A stretch of 64,000 nucleotides of DNA from an uncultured Gammaproteobacteria bacterium (GCA_964558935.1 CAZLFP010000003.1:39684-103683), one strand, 5' to 3'. Shown: positions 46,690 to 57,385, counted from the first letter of the stretch. Made by a program: numbers and translations. Notes: generated by a model not told the origin, from the sequence alone.

Positions 46690-47373
46690 ATGACAGGAAA
46701 ACTTTATATCATTGCCACTCCAATTGGGAATCTCAAAGATCTGACTTTGAGAGCTTTGGAAGTTTTACAGCAAGTTGAGATAGTGGCTTGTGAAGATACC
46801 AGAGTATCCAAGAAATTATGGGATCATTATGAGTTGAAAACTCAAATGATTTCATATCATCAACATAGCACAGACAGTAGGGTGAGACAGATTATGGATT
46901 GGCTGAAGCAAGGTAAGGAAATAGGCTTGATTACTGATGCCGGTACACCTGGCATTGCCGATCCTGGTAACAAATTAATCGCCGATATTCTAAAGGAGTT
47001 GCCAGACTGTCAAATTATACCGGTCCCGGGTCCTTCAGCTGTGATTGCCGCTTTGAGCGTATCAGGTTTTAAAACTGATAGATACACATTTTTCGGTTTT
47101 ATTCCAAACAAGAAGGGTAAACAGACTATGTTACGGCAAATAGTCGATAGCCAGTACACGGCTGTTTTTTATGAGTCATGTCATCGGATTATGAAAACCT
47201 TAAATATGTTAAAAGAGCTGATGCCCCTTGGGGCTCAGAAACAGATAGTCGTGACTCGCGAACTGACTAAAAAATTTGAAACCATTTATCGCGGGACCTT
47301 GGATCAGGTTATGGATCAATTACAAGTCGGCGCCACTAAAGGTGAATTCGTGGTGGTTGTCGGTGCTAAATAA
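46690..47373 (+). CDS. rsmI: 16S rRNA (cytidine1402-2'-O)-methyltransferase RsmI (tetrapyrrole methylase fold)
   Basis: N-terminal GKLYIIATPIGNLKDLTLRALEVL and DTRVSKKL motifs typical of RsmI. Confidence 0.9.
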   Translation: MTGKLYIIATPIGNLKDLTLRALEVLQQVEIVACEDTRVSKKLWDHYELKTQMISYHQHSTDSRVRQIMDWLKQGKEIGLITDAGTPGIADPGNKLIADILKELPDCQIIPVPGPSAVIAALSVSGFKTDRYTFFGFIPNKKGKQTMLRQIVDSQYTAVFYESCHRIMKTLNMLKELMPLGAQKQIVVTRELTKKFETIYRGTLDQVMDQLQVGATKGEFVVVVGAK

Positions 47374-48902
47374 TGAATATTAATATGTCTAAATTCTATA
47401 TCACAACACCTATCTATTACGTGAATGACAAGCCGCATATCGGTCATGCTTACACAACCATTGCGGCTGATGTCTTAGCGCGCTATCATCGGTTGAGAGG
47501 AGAGGACACCTACTTTTTGACCGGCACGGATGAACACGGAGCCAAAGTGGCTCAAACAGCTGAAGAGCAGGGTAAGTCTCCTCAAGAGTTTTGCAATGAA
47601 AACTCTGCCAAGTTTCAGCTCTTGTGGGATCGGTTGAATATTTCCAATGACCAGTTTATCCGAACCACGTCAGATCTTCATAAGCAAGGGGTGAAGCAAT
47701 TTTTAACTAAGTTAAAGGACAAGGGGGCCATCTATGAAGGCGATTATGAGGGCTTGTACTGTACGGGCTGTGAAAAATTCATGACGGAAAAAGATTTGGT
47801 GGACGGCAAGTGTCCAGATCACCAGACAGCACCTGAGGTGGTGAAAGAAAAAAATTATTTCTTTAGTTTGAATGAATATATTCAACAAGTGAAAGAACTG
47901 ATTGACCAGGACAAGATTAAAATTCTGCCTGCTCACCGCAAGAATGAAGTTTTGGGTCTAATCAAACAGGGTTTGGAAGATTTTTCCATTTCCAGAGAAA
48001 GTGTGAAATGGGGCATTGAGCTGCCTTTTGACGAACGGCAAGTCACTTATGTTTGGGTGGAAGCATTACAAAACTATTTGACCGCCATTGGTTATGGTTC
48101 GAATCAGGACAAATTTATCAGGTATTGGCCGGCTAACATTCATCTCATGGCCAAAGATATCATTAAGTTCCATGCTTTGTATTGGCCGGCTCTGTTGTTG
48201 GCAGCGGATTTACCACTACCGTCAGTCATTTATGCTCATGGCTTTTTTACGGTGGATGGACAAAAGATGAGCAAATCTTTGGGCAACACCATAGATCCAG
48301 ACGCTTTAATCGATGCTTTAGGTACGGATGCGGTCAGATATTTATTGTTATCTCAGTTTCCTTTTGGACAGGATGGTGATGTTAAAGCCAGTGCTTTTGC
48401 CATTCAATACAATGCGGATTTGGCAAATGGTTTGGGTAATTTGGTCTCCAGAGTAATTGCCATGACAGACAAATATTTCAATGGCCTGGTGCCGCAAAAA
48501 GATTATGAATTTGCAGATGAAGTGGCTGGTATTTGGGGACAGTATGAAGAGGCTTTAAACAATTTTCAAGTAGATAAAGCCATTGAAACCATTAAGAAAT
48601 TAAATGCCTTTGCAGACGGTTATGTGGAAAGGCAAAAACCGTGGGAATTAGCCAAAGATGAAGCCAATCAAGAGCAGTTGGCTAAAGTTATCTATAATCT
48701 GTTGGAAATTGTCAGACAGTTATCCATTATGATTTTTCCCATCATGCCAGATACTTCAGATAGGATTGCCGGTAGTTTGAACCAAACAAATTGGAAGGAT
48801 AAGACTTACCCAGAATTGAAAAAGTGGGGTGGTTTAGAGTCGGGAGTTAAAGTTGAAAAAGGCGAGTCTTTATTCCCCAGATTGGATAATCAGGCTAAAT
48901 AG
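47373..48902 (+). CDS. metG: Methionyl-tRNA synthetase (class I)
   Basis: HIGH motif (PHIGHAYTT), KMSKS motif (KMSKSLGN) and a Zn knuckle CTGC...CPDH. Confidence 0.95.
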   Translation: MNINMSKFYITTPIYYVNDKPHIGHAYTTIAADVLARYHRLRGEDTYFLTGTDEHGAKVAQTAEEQGKSPQEFCNENSAKFQLLWDRLNISNDQFIRTTSDLHKQGVKQFLTKLKDKGAIYEGDYEGLYCTGCEKFMTEKDLVDGKCPDHQTAPEVVKEKNYFFSLNEYIQQVKELIDQDKIKILPAHRKNEVLGLIKQGLEDFSISRESVKWGIELPFDERQVTYVWVEALQNYLTAIGYGSNQDKFIRYWPANIHLMAKDIIKFHALYWPALLLAADLPLPSVIYAHGFFTVDGQKMSKSLGNTIDPDALIDALGTDAVRYLLLSQFPFGQDGDVKASAFAIQYNADLANGLGNLVSRVIAMTDKYFNGLVPQKDYEFADEVAGIWGQYEEALNNFQVDKAIETIKKLNAFADGYVERQKPWELAKDEANQEQLAKVIYNLLEIVRQLSIMIFPIMPDTSDRIAGSLNQTNWKDKTYPELKKWGGLESGVKVEKGESLFPRLDNQAK

Positions 48903-48919
48903 AAATTAACTTGTGAGTC

Positions 48920-49408
48920 ATGTTGTTTACCCTCACCGACTTAGTTTTAGTTGGTATTATTATCTTCTTTGCCACTTTGGGGTTGGTTTTGGGTTTAATT
49001 CAAGCTATTGGAGCTTTAATTGGTTTGGCTGTGGGTATTTGGACTGCTCTGGCTTTTTACGTACCGGTAGCTAGCTGGTTGGAACCGATGCTAATTGGCA
49101 ATACCACGGCTGCTCAAATTTTGGCTTTCATTGCCTTATTCCTCATTACCAGTCGTTTGATAGCCTTAGCCTTTTGGGTGATTAATAAGATATTTAAACT
49201 ATTAGCCTTAATACCTTTTTTGGGTTCTATCAACCGGATTGGCGGTTTTTTACTCGGGATTATTGAGGGTATCTTATTTTGTGGAATCAGTATTTATGTT
49301 GTAGTCAACCTTTCCCATGAAGCCGGTTGGTTAATTGAATCTTTAAATCAGTCTCAAGTCGCTCATAGCTTAGTCTGGTTAATTCATTATTTAACGAATT
49401 TAATTTAA
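48920..49408 (+). CDS. CvpA-family membrane protein
   Basis: 162 aa with 4 TM helices and a CvpA-like N-terminus (LTDLVLVGIIIFFATLGLVLGLI). Confidence 0.55.
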   Translation: MLFTLTDLVLVGIIIFFATLGLVLGLIQAIGALIGLAVGIWTALAFYVPVASWLEPMLIGNTTAAQILAFIALFLITSRLIALAFWVINKIFKLLALIPFLGSINRIGGFLLGIIEGILFCGISIYVVVNLSHEAGWLIESLNQSQVAHSLVWLIHYLTNLI

Positions 49409-49409
49409 T

Positions 49410-50237
49410 ATGTTGGTAGATTCTCATGCTCATTTGAACTTTCAAGCTTTTGAAGCTGACAGACAGCAAGTGATTGCCCGTTGTCTAAAGCAGGATATGA
49501 AAGTTATAAACGTGGGTTCACAATCTCTGACTTCCCAAATGGCGGTTAAAATTGCCGGCCAATATCCGGATATGTACGCGGCGGTTGGCATTCACCCCAT
49601 TCATGTTGGTCAATACGAATATGATCCACATGAGAGCCAGGCTCATGAGCAAATCGAACAATTGACCACCGAGCAAATGTTTGAACAAATCAGTCAATTG
49701 GCCAAGCAAGCCAAGGTGGTGGCTATCGGTGAAACCGGTTTAGATTATTATAGATTGAAAGGAGAAAAGGAAGCAACTCAGCAGTTGCAACGAGACTGGT
49801 TTGTACAACACTTAGACCTGGCGCAATCTCTTAAACTGCCGGTTATCTTGCACTGTAGAACCGAAGAGGGTTACCGAGATATGTATGAGCTGATCCGTCG
49901 CAGAAGCTTAACCGGAGTTGTTCATTGTTTTGGTTCAGATGCTGTCATGGCTCAGAAATTTGTGGATTTAGGTTACTATATTGGCTTAACCGGGATTGTT
50001 ACTTTTAGAAAAAATGCTGAAGAACTTCAACGGGTGGCCATAGATATGCCACTGGACAGGATTTTAATTGAAACAGACTGTCCATACCTGACACCGGAAC
50101 CGCATCGGGGAGAAAGAAATGAACCGATATACGTTAAATACATTGCTGGCAAAATAGCTCAGCTTAAAGGCTTAAGCGTGGAACAAGTCGCCCAGGCGAC
50201 GTCTGACAATGCAATTGAATTATTTAATCTAAGTTAA
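49410..50237 (+). CDS. tatD: TatD-family metal-dependent hydrolase/DNase
   Basis: N-terminal DSHAHL and an internal ETGLDY, plus HCF and IETDCPYL motifs. Confidence 0.9.
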   Translation: MLVDSHAHLNFQAFEADRQQVIARCLKQDMKVINVGSQSLTSQMAVKIAGQYPDMYAAVGIHPIHVGQYEYDPHESQAHEQIEQLTTEQMFEQISQLAKQAKVVAIGETGLDYYRLKGEKEATQQLQRDWFVQHLDLAQSLKLPVILHCRTEEGYRDMYELIRRRSLTGVVHCFGSDAVMAQKFVDLGYYIGLTGIVTFRKNAEELQRVAIDMPLDRILIETDCPYLTPEPHRGERNEPIYVKYIAGKIAQLKGLSVEQVAQATSDNAIELFNLS

Positions 50238-50238
50238 T

Positions 50239-51840
50239 ATGAGGAAAATTAATTCACCCTTAATCATCTTAAGTCTGGTGGGTGTTGTCATGCTGGTGGT
50301 CTATTCATCCCTGTATCTTAGTTTAAGACCAGCCATGTTTAACAATGATATGTGGATTTTTAACACACCGGATGAAACGGCCAACTATTACTTTATTCAG
50401 CAAGCCACTTTAACCAGTCAGTTTCAAGCGTACGAGCCATTGAATGAATTGTCTGGTGATTTAAACTTGGTTCATCCCAGAAGTACCACAGTGGTGGATA
50501 ATTATCTGATGCCCGGCAGTTTATTGGGTTTTTTACTGATCATGAGATTATTTGCCCGCATTTTTTCATTGGGAGTTGTCCCGGTGGTTATTCCAATTTT
50601 ATCTGTCATAACTGTAATCTATTATTACAAATTGATCAGATTGGTTTTTACTCAACGGGTTGCATTTTATTCCGCACTCAGTCTGTATGTCTTACCGGCT
50701 TTTTGGTATTACTCTTCACGTTCTTTGTTTAACAATCTGATGTTTATAGATCTGCTGATTATCGGCTTGTATTATTTGATCAGCTATTACACGGTCAGTA
50801 AAAGTTATAAATTGGTTGTCTCAGCTATTCTGCTGGGTTTGGCCTTAACTGTTCGGACCACTGATTTGATCTGGGTGGTGGCTATGGTTTTTTTAATTAT
50901 AATTTTCAATTACCATCAGTTCAAACCATCTCAATTCATTGCTTTGGTTTTGTTCGGAGCCTTAGCTTTTGTGCCGGTCTTGGCTTACCAACAACATTTG
51001 TACGGGAACCCTTTGACCACCGGCTATACACCGCAGTTGGCGGAGCAAACCGCACACAGCCTTAATTATTATCTAGCCCTGGCCCAAAAGCTGTTTTTAC
51101 CTTTTGGTTTAAATCTCAAAAATATTGGTCTCAATGTGTATCATTATGGACTGAAGATGTTTTGGTGGTACTTAATACCGGCGATTATGGGAGCTTGTAT
51201 TTTACTGGTCAAGTGGTTCAGAGGCAAGTTGCCTGCCAAACAACGGGCGTACTGCATTCTCAGTCTGGTCGTCTGCAGTCTAATTCTGCTCTCGTACGGT
51301 AGCTGGTGGTTCTACAATAATCTCATGGCTAAAGCCTTGATCGGCTCTTCACAAGTCAGATATTTTCTGCCCATCTATATTTTGTCCCTACCGTTTATGG
51401 TGAGTGCTTTAATTTCTGCAGTCAAACAATTTAAGTTTCAGACAGTCAAGTATGTTGTCAGCATAATGTTAATTGCCGGCGTTGTATATCTGTCTGTAAA
51501 CAGCGTGTTATTTCAAGGTGAAGAAAGCTTAACAGCCATCGCCGGTACGATCAGTGAGTACCATGGTATTAACAAGCAGGTTAGGCAGTTGACTGAGCAT
51601 GATGCTGTTATTGTCAGCAGTTACAACGACAAAGTTTTTTTTCCGAAACGTAAAGTTATTGTCTATTGGAGACAACTGGAGTATTTGGCTAATATCAGTC
51701 AGTTATCTGATTACGTTTCCATTTATCTCTACAGCATTAATCCTGAAGACGTGGAATATGTCTCAGCTAATTCAGATCTGTATCTGGATGTGATCAAACA
51801 GATTAACCAGACAGAAACTTTATACCAATTTAAAAAATAA
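50239..51840 (+). CDS. Polytopic membrane protein, possibly a GT-C-type (ArnT/PMT-like) glycosyltransferase
   Basis: 533 aa with ≥10 TM helices and a C-terminal soluble domain. The family call is tentative. Confidence 0.4.
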   Translation: MRKINSPLIILSLVGVVMLVVYSSLYLSLRPAMFNNDMWIFNTPDETANYYFIQQATLTSQFQAYEPLNELSGDLNLVHPRSTTVVDNYLMPGSLLGFLLIMRLFARIFSLGVVPVVIPILSVITVIYYYKLIRLVFTQRVAFYSALSLYVLPAFWYYSSRSLFNNLMFIDLLIIGLYYLISYYTVSKSYKLVVSAILLGLALTVRTTDLIWVVAMVFLIIIFNYHQFKPSQFIALVLFGALAFVPVLAYQQHLYGNPLTTGYTPQLAEQTAHSLNYYLALAQKLFLPFGLNLKNIGLNVYHYGLKMFWWYLIPAIMGACILLVKWFRGKLPAKQRAYCILSLVVCSLILLSYGSWWFYNNLMAKALIGSSQVRYFLPIYILSLPFMVSALISAVKQFKFQTVKYVVSIMLIAGVVYLSVNSVLFQGEESLTAIAGTISEYHGINKQVRQLTEHDAVIVSSYNDKVFFPKRKVIVYWRQLEYLANISQLSDYVSIYLYSINPEDVEYVSANSDLYLDVIKQINQTETLYQFKK

Positions 51841-51849
51841 TTATTAGAT

Positions 51850-52263
51850 ATGGACTGTCTTTTTTGTCGAATTATCGCCGGTGACATACCGGCGTATAAG
51901 GTGTACGAGGATGAGCAGGTACTGGCTTTTTTAGATATCAATCCTGTCAATCCCGGACACACCCTGGTTATTCCCAAAACGCATTTTGCCAATTTTGCGG
52001 ATACACCGGTAGACGTTATATGCCAACTGATGGCAGTAATAAAAAAAATAACGCCGGCTATTTTAAACGGCGTGGGAGCTTCTGCTTTCAATCTTGGTTT
52101 AAACAACGGTCAGGTTGCCGGACAGGTCATAGAGCATGTCCATTTCCATATCACACCCAGATTTCCCCAAGATGGACATCAGCTTTTCAAAGGCCAAACT
52201 TACGCACAAGGGGAAGCAGAGCGAGTTTTAGAGCAGATTAAGCAGAACTTATCTGATGTTTAA
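51850..52263 (+). CDS. HIT-family (HINT) nucleotide hydrolase
   Basis: Histidine triad HVHFHITPR. 137 aa. Confidence 0.9.
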   Translation: MDCLFCRIIAGDIPAYKVYEDEQVLAFLDINPVNPGHTLVIPKTHFANFADTPVDVICQLMAVIKKITPAILNGVGASAFNLGLNNGQVAGQVIEHVHFHITPRFPQDGHQLFKGQTYAQGEAERVLEQIKQNLSDV

Positions 52264-53571
52264 TTGAATAATTTCTGGCTGGTTGGTTATTTCCGCCTGC
52301 AGATAAAGATCAGTACCCTTGTGGTTAATTTCCAGTTTATCTAACTGGTTAAAATGTACCAATTCAACCATATTTCTCAGCTCACGATTATCCAATTCAA
52401 TCACTTTCAGCGTGTTGTCGCAGGCGAAGATAATATGTCTGCCTTCAGGATGCCAGATTGCTTGCTGGATTTGACTGCCGAGTCTGGTAATTAATTCCGG
52501 CTCATTTTTATTGAGATCGAAGATCCACAATTCCCAATCTGTATAATATAACAAGGTATTGTTATCCAGCCAGTCCAGAGCCTTGGCCTTGGCTTGTACT
52601 GGCTTAACCGTATTGTCCGGATCAATGACCAGCAAATCTTGACTCTTTGGATCATGCAGTATGAGTTTGTCCAGATCTTTGTTGATAAACGAATAGCGTT
52701 GGCAATTCGAATCATAGATAGTGCGTGTTTCGTTTAAGTTGGACAGACTACTTTCAACCAAAGTTTGTTCTTGGCAGGTGTAGAGTTTGTTTTGTTTGAT
52801 TAAGAAATTATGCTCAATTAACGGTCCAATTAAACTGGTGGTATCTTGAAATAAATCTATCTGCCACAACCCTTGTTGGTTTAGAGCATACACAAGACTG
52901 TCATTGCTGGTGTCCCATTTAACCTTGGTGTATTTATTATCCGGAATTTTCATTAGTTTGGGACGAGGTTGTTGTTCAATATTGATAACATAATAATTAG
53001 TAACCGTTTCATCCTGAGCGGCTAATAAGATTTTTTTACTGGTGTTGGACCAGCCTAAAATTTTAACTTCCAAGTAGCGGCTCAAATCTGCCAGATTGGA
53101 GAGTTGGTTGAAATTAAACTCGACCATAATGACCTGGTTATTCTGGTCTATGGTCACAATTTTTTGCTGGTCTGGAGCCGCCAGCCAGTCTTGACTGACA
53201 TGTTGAGTTAAAGTAATGGGTCCGGTTTGCTTCCACAGTATGATGTCTTCCGCAAAGGTGGTCGTATTCTCGTAAACCCGCAATTTTTTTTGCCATGAAT
53301 GGTAACCTTCTTTGGTAACCTTAATTTCGTAATCTGCCGGTAGCAGCTGTTCAATTCTAGTCGGGGTAGGATCACCGGCGACTAATTGATTGTTTAAATA
53401 GACGTCAGCCCTTTTGGGCAGGGAGCTGACAATTAGAATACCTGTTTTTTGGATAGTACCTCTTTTAATGTTCAGCCTGTAGCCTTGGGTGTAGAGAATG
53501 ACACTAGGTGCTGTCACCAGGAAGATTATTAGGAAAAAGAGATAAACTAAGCGTCTGTAGATTAATTTCAT
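52249..53571 (-). CDS. N-terminally anchored PEGA-domain protein with a C-terminal beta-propeller-like (TolB/WD40-like) region
   Basis: N-terminal TM, a PEGA-like module (ILIVSSLPKRADVYLNNQLVAGDPTP...YEIKVTKEGYHSWQKKLRV) and a repetitive beta-strand region with W/D-rich blades. Confidence 0.55.
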   Translation of the reverse strand: MKLIYRRLVYLFFLIIFLVTAPSVILYTQGYRLNIKRGTIQKTGILIVSSLPKRADVYLNNQLVAGDPTPTRIEQLLPADYEIKVTKEGYHSWQKKLRVYENTTTFAEDIILWKQTGPITLTQHVSQDWLAAPDQQKIVTIDQNNQVIMVEFNFNQLSNLADLSRYLEVKILGWSNTSKKILLAAQDETVTNYYVINIEQQPRPKLMKIPDNKYTKVKWDTSNDSLVYALNQQGLWQIDLFQDTTSLIGPLIEHNFLIKQNKLYTCQEQTLVESSLSNLNETRTIYDSNCQRYSFINKDLDKLILHDPKSQDLLVIDPDNTVKPVQAKAKALDWLDNNTLLYYTDWELWIFDLNKNEPELITRLGSQIQQAIWHPEGRHIIFACDNTLKVIELDNRELRNMVELVHFNQLDKLEINHKGTDLYLQAEITNQPEIIQLNIR

Positions 53572-53924
53572 ATTGGCTGACCGCTAATTAAATGAAAATG
53601 GAGATGAGGCGAGTCTTGGAATTTACCCAGATTGGTGACCAGACGGATGCCCTGTGTTTTGCCCAGCTTCCTAGATAGGTTTCTGGCTACAACCAGAATT
53701 TCTTGCATCAGACTCAGATCCTGATCTTCAAAGGCTGCAAAATCATCGATATGTTGTTTGGGGAGAATGACAATATGAGTAGCATACTTCGGTTTTGTGT
53801 GGTAGAAAGCCAGAACCCGATCTGATTCATACAAGATATCAACCGGCAAGTGACCGTTTAAGATTTCTTGGCAGTAGATATCATATTTGGGCATATTAGT
53901 CTTGTTTCTGAATTTTAGCTCCAA
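53568..53924 (-). CDS. HIT-family (HINT) protein, second copy
   Basis: Histidine triad PHLHFHLI. 118 aa. Convergent with the other HIT gene. Confidence 0.85.
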   Translation of the reverse strand: MELKFRNKTNMPKYDIYCQEILNGHLPVDILYESDRVLAFYHTKPKYATHIVILPKQHIDDFAAFEDQDLSLMQEILVVARNLSRKLGKTQGIRLVTNLGKFQDSPHLHFHLISGQPI

Positions 53925-55146
53925 TGCTTTGCAATCTCTCTACAATATTCTGGTAACCTCGTTCAATTTGGTAAATATTTTCAATTTCTGTCGTACCTTC
54001 AGCCACTAAGCCGGCTAAAACCAAAGCCATACCAGCTCTTAAGTCCGGACTTTCCAATTTACGACCAATCAAAGGTGTTGGACCGCTCACAATCACTCTG
54101 TGAGGATCACACATAATTATCTTGGCACCCATGGCGACCAACTTGTCTGTGTAGAATAATCTGCCCTCATAAATCATTTCATGGATCAGGGTTTGTCCGT
54201 GAGCTTGAGTCATTAGAACGGTATAGGGGGCTTGTAAATCAGTTGGGAAGCCGGGATATTCATGAGTTCGCAGTTCGGTTGCTCTGAATCGGCTTTTTTT
54301 GGTCAGAATATAATCCGGACCGATTTCCAAATTGGCTCCGGCTCTTTGCAAAGTATGCAGTACGGTTTCCAAATGTTGAGGCTGACACTGACTCACTTTG
54401 ATCTGACTGCCAGTAATTAAACCGGCCATCACCAGTGAACCAGCTTCAATTCTGTCCGGTATTAAATTGTATGTACCGCCTGTTAACCGGTTAACACCTT
54501 GGATGCGAATGGTTGGACTGCCGGCTCCGGTTATTTTTGCTCCACAGTTGTTGAGATAATCGGCTAAAGACGGTATTTCCGGTTCCATGGCTGCATTCAC
54601 AAGTGTGGTAGTCCCTTCTGCCAAGCAGGCTGTCATCATCAGAGCTTCAGTGGCTGTTACAGAAATCCACGGTAAAACAATTTTAATACCTCGCAATTTT
54701 TTACATTTTAAAGTGAAAAAATCATCATGGTCGTACACCTCAGCTCCCATCTGTTTGAAATTGTCCAAAAACAAATCGATGGGTCTTTGGCCAATGACAC
54801 AGCCTCCAGGATGAGACATGGTAACTTCTCCAAATCTGGCTAACAGGGGACCAACCAGCATAATGGAAGATCTGAGTTTTTTGACCAAATCCGGATCCGG
54901 ATTAGCCTTCTTAAGGTTTTGACTCTTAACAGTCAAGCTGGATTCTTGCCAGCTTACTTCAACTCCCATTTTTTCTAAGATTTCCACCAGTCTTTTAATA
55001 TCCTCAATCTGAGGAACATTCTGGATCTGACAATCTTCTTGAGACAACAAAGCTGCCGCTAAGATTTTTAAAGCAGCATTTTTGGCTCCGGCGACAGCAA
55101 TTTCTCCGGCTAAGGGAAAACCACCTTGTATTACGTATTTAGCCAT
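53896..55146 (-). CDS. murA: UDP-N-acetylglucosamine 1-carboxyvinyltransferase
   Basis: 416 aa with the EPSP synthase fold and a MurA N-terminus (MAKYVIQGGFPLAGEIAVAGAKNAALKILAA). Confidence 0.95.
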   Translation of the reverse strand: MAKYVIQGGFPLAGEIAVAGAKNAALKILAAALLSQEDCQIQNVPQIEDIKRLVEILEKMGVEVSWQESSLTVKSQNLKKANPDPDLVKKLRSSIMLVGPLLARFGEVTMSHPGGCVIGQRPIDLFLDNFKQMGAEVYDHDDFFTLKCKKLRGIKIVLPWISVTATEALMMTACLAEGTTTLVNAAMEPEIPSLADYLNNCGAKITGAGSPTIRIQGVNRLTGGTYNLIPDRIEAGSLVMAGLITGSQIKVSQCQPQHLETVLHTLQRAGANLEIGPDYILTKKSRFRATELRTHEYPGFPTDLQAPYTVLMTQAHGQTLIHEMIYEGRLFYTDKLVAMGAKIIMCDPHRVIVSGPTPLIGRKLESPDLRAGMALVLAGLVAEGTTEIENIYQIERGYQNIVERLQSIGAKIQKQD

Positions 55147-55290
55147 ATATATGAGCTATTATGACACAGATTACGAGATTTTAATAGTTGACATAATACT
55201 AATAATATACTCAAATTAATTTCCTTTGAATTCAATATTATGCTAAAATAATAGCATCATTTTACCCTTAAGTTGTTAACTAAAGTTTAA

Positions 55291-56577
55291 ATGCCAGATC
55301 AAGAGAAGATACCCGTACCCACCTCTCATCACCAGCCAACCCAGAGGACTGTCAATCTTAAAGTCTATCTGCTGTCATTGGTGATCGTCTTTGGTATAGG
55401 TGGTTATCTGGGCTATATATACACGCCCAAGCCCAATTACACCATTAAAGGAGCCAGTCCGGAACAAGCTGCGGAATATGGCAACGTAGTCAACGAAGAC
55501 GAAGCGATTCCAGAGTATTTAACCCAAGACGTAGATTTTAATCTTTTTTGGGATGTTTGGGATTTAATTAATTCCAAGTATTATGACAAAAATGTGCCTC
55601 AGACCCAGTTGTTTTACGGAGCTTTGGCTGGTTTGGTCAATTCCTTGGGTGATCCCCACACCGTTTTTATGACCGCTCAGGATTCAGATAGTTTTGAAGA
55701 GGAGTTACAGGGCCATTTTGAAGGCATTGGAGCTGAAATTGGGATTAGAAATGAGCAGTTGAGTGTTATTTCACCCCTGCCGGATCATCCGGCCATTAAA
55801 GCCGGTTTAAGAGCCAAAGATTTAATTTTGCAAATAGACGGTGAAGACACTCAGGGAATGTCTCTGCACGAGGCTGTTTCAAAAATTAGAGGGCCCAAAG
55901 GAACTGAGGTAGTTTTAACCATTTATCGCCAAGGTTTAACTCAGCCTCAAGATTATGCCATTACCAGGCAGGAGATTAATGTTAAAAGCTTAACCTTGGA
56001 ATACCAAGATAAGGTTGGAGTGATTAAAATCAGGCAATTCAATGGAGACACCGTACCGCTTTTAAATGATGCCATCTTGGATGTTACCAGTCGTTCAGAC
56101 GTTAAAGGTTTAATTGTGGATTTAAGGAACAATCCCGGTGGTTATCTGCAAGCGGCCATTGAAGTGGCCGGGGAATGGATAGATGGTCAAACCGTTGTGG
56201 TAGAGAAAGATCGTGTCGGTAATGAATTAAAACATCGCTCGAATCGTCCAGCCAGATTAGATAACTATCCAACCATTGTTTTAATCAACGCCGGCAGTGC
56301 CTCTGGTTCAGAGATTTTAGCCGGTGCTTTGCAGGATTACGGACAGTGCCAAGTTGTAGGAGAAACTTCATATGGCAAAGGTTCAGTTCAAGAGTTGATT
56401 TATCTGGACAATGATGCTTCTGTTAAGCTGACAGTGGCCAAATGGTTTACACCCAACGGTCGCAGTATTGAGGGCAATGGCATTCAACCGGATTTTGTAA
56501 TAGAAATGTCAGAAGAGGATTACAACCAATTCCAGGATCCGCAAATGGTAAAAGCTTTGGAATTACTGAGCCAATGA
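55291..56577 (+). CDS. ctp: Carboxyl-terminal processing protease (S41) with a PDZ domain
   Basis: N-terminal TM, a PDZ domain, an S41 catalytic region with the Ser in GSASGSEILAGAL and the Lys region in GKGSVQ. Confidence 0.9.
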   Translation: MPDQEKIPVPTSHHQPTQRTVNLKVYLLSLVIVFGIGGYLGYIYTPKPNYTIKGASPEQAAEYGNVVNEDEAIPEYLTQDVDFNLFWDVWDLINSKYYDKNVPQTQLFYGALAGLVNSLGDPHTVFMTAQDSDSFEEELQGHFEGIGAEIGIRNEQLSVISPLPDHPAIKAGLRAKDLILQIDGEDTQGMSLHEAVSKIRGPKGTEVVLTIYRQGLTQPQDYAITRQEINVKSLTLEYQDKVGVIKIRQFNGDTVPLLNDAILDVTSRSDVKGLIVDLRNNPGGYLQAAIEVAGEWIDGQTVVVEKDRVGNELKHRSNRPARLDNYPTIVLINAGSASGSEILAGALQDYGQCQVVGETSYGKGSVQELIYLDNDASVKLTVAKWFTPNGRSIEGNGIQPDFVIEMSEEDYNQFQDPQMVKALELLSQ

Positions 56578-56846
56578 CAGCTGTAAGGTTAAAGATTACC
56601 GGAGCCGTTCAAGGAGTTGGTTGTCGCTATGCCTTTCAAAGGCTAGCTCAAACTCTCAAACTGGTGGGTTGGGTAAAAAATGAACCGGATGGTAGTGTGA
56701 GTGCGTGGATTCAGGGTCCAGACCAAGCTGTTCAAGAATTAATTGCTGTCTGCCGAGCAGGATTTGGCCGAATACGGGTGGAGCAAGTAGCTGTTACCCA
56801 AATGACTCTTGACAAAAAACTTGCAGATTTTAAAATAATCTTTTAA
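56574..56846 (+). CDS. acyP: Acylphosphatase
   Basis: 90 aa with signature VQGVGCRY and GWVKNEPDGSV. Confidence 0.85.
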   Translation: MTAVRLKITGAVQGVGCRYAFQRLAQTLKLVGWVKNEPDGSVSAWIQGPDQAVQELIAVCRAGFGRIRVEQVAVTQMTLDKKLADFKIIF

Positions 56847-56887
56847 AATGATACATAAATTAAATAATGGGAGGGAATTAATCGGTT

Positions 56888-57328
56888 ATGCAGGTAATTT
56901 TACTCAAAAATATTCCCAGTTTAGGCAACCGAGGTGATATTAAAGACGTCACCCCTGGTTATGCGCGCAATTATTTAATACCACAGGGTTGGGCTGAGGT
57001 GGTGACTGAAGCCAGAGTGGCTGCATTAGCCAAAACCAATCAGCAGCAAGCCAAGCGAGCTGTTAAAGATTTGGTCGCCACAGAACAGTTGGCTGACAAA
57101 TTAAATGGCCGGTTGATTGAAATATCTGCAAAAGCCAATGAAGACGGCAAGTTGTATGCTGCCGTATCGCCGGCTGCCATTGTAAAAATTTTGAAGAACC
57201 AGGGTTTTAACATACACAAGACACAAATTGTGTTGCCGGCACCCATTAAGGAGTTGGGAGAAGTGCCAGTTACCATTAGCTTAGATCATGGCTTAGAAGC
57301 TGAAATAACTTTAAACGTACATGATTAA
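56888..57328 (+). CDS. rplI: 50S ribosomal protein L9
   Basis: MQVILLKNIPSLGNRGDIKDVTPGYARNYLIPQG matches the conserved L9 N-terminal domain. Confidence 0.92.
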   Translation: MQVILLKNIPSLGNRGDIKDVTPGYARNYLIPQGWAEVVTEARVAALAKTNQQQAKRAVKDLVATEQLADKLNGRLIEISAKANEDGKLYAAVSPAAIVKILKNQGFNIHKTQIVLPAPIKELGEVPVTISLDHGLEAEITLNVHD

Positions 57329-57357
57329 CCAGATTTACGTTTCAGTTTAGACAGACC

Positions 57358-57380
57358 AAGGGGAGTTTGCCCCCTTTTTT
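57358..57380 (+). terminator. Rho-independent terminator after rplI
   Basis: AAGGGG-AGTTTG-CCCCTT hairpin followed by T8. Confidence 0.75.
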
Positions 57381-57385
57381 TATTT

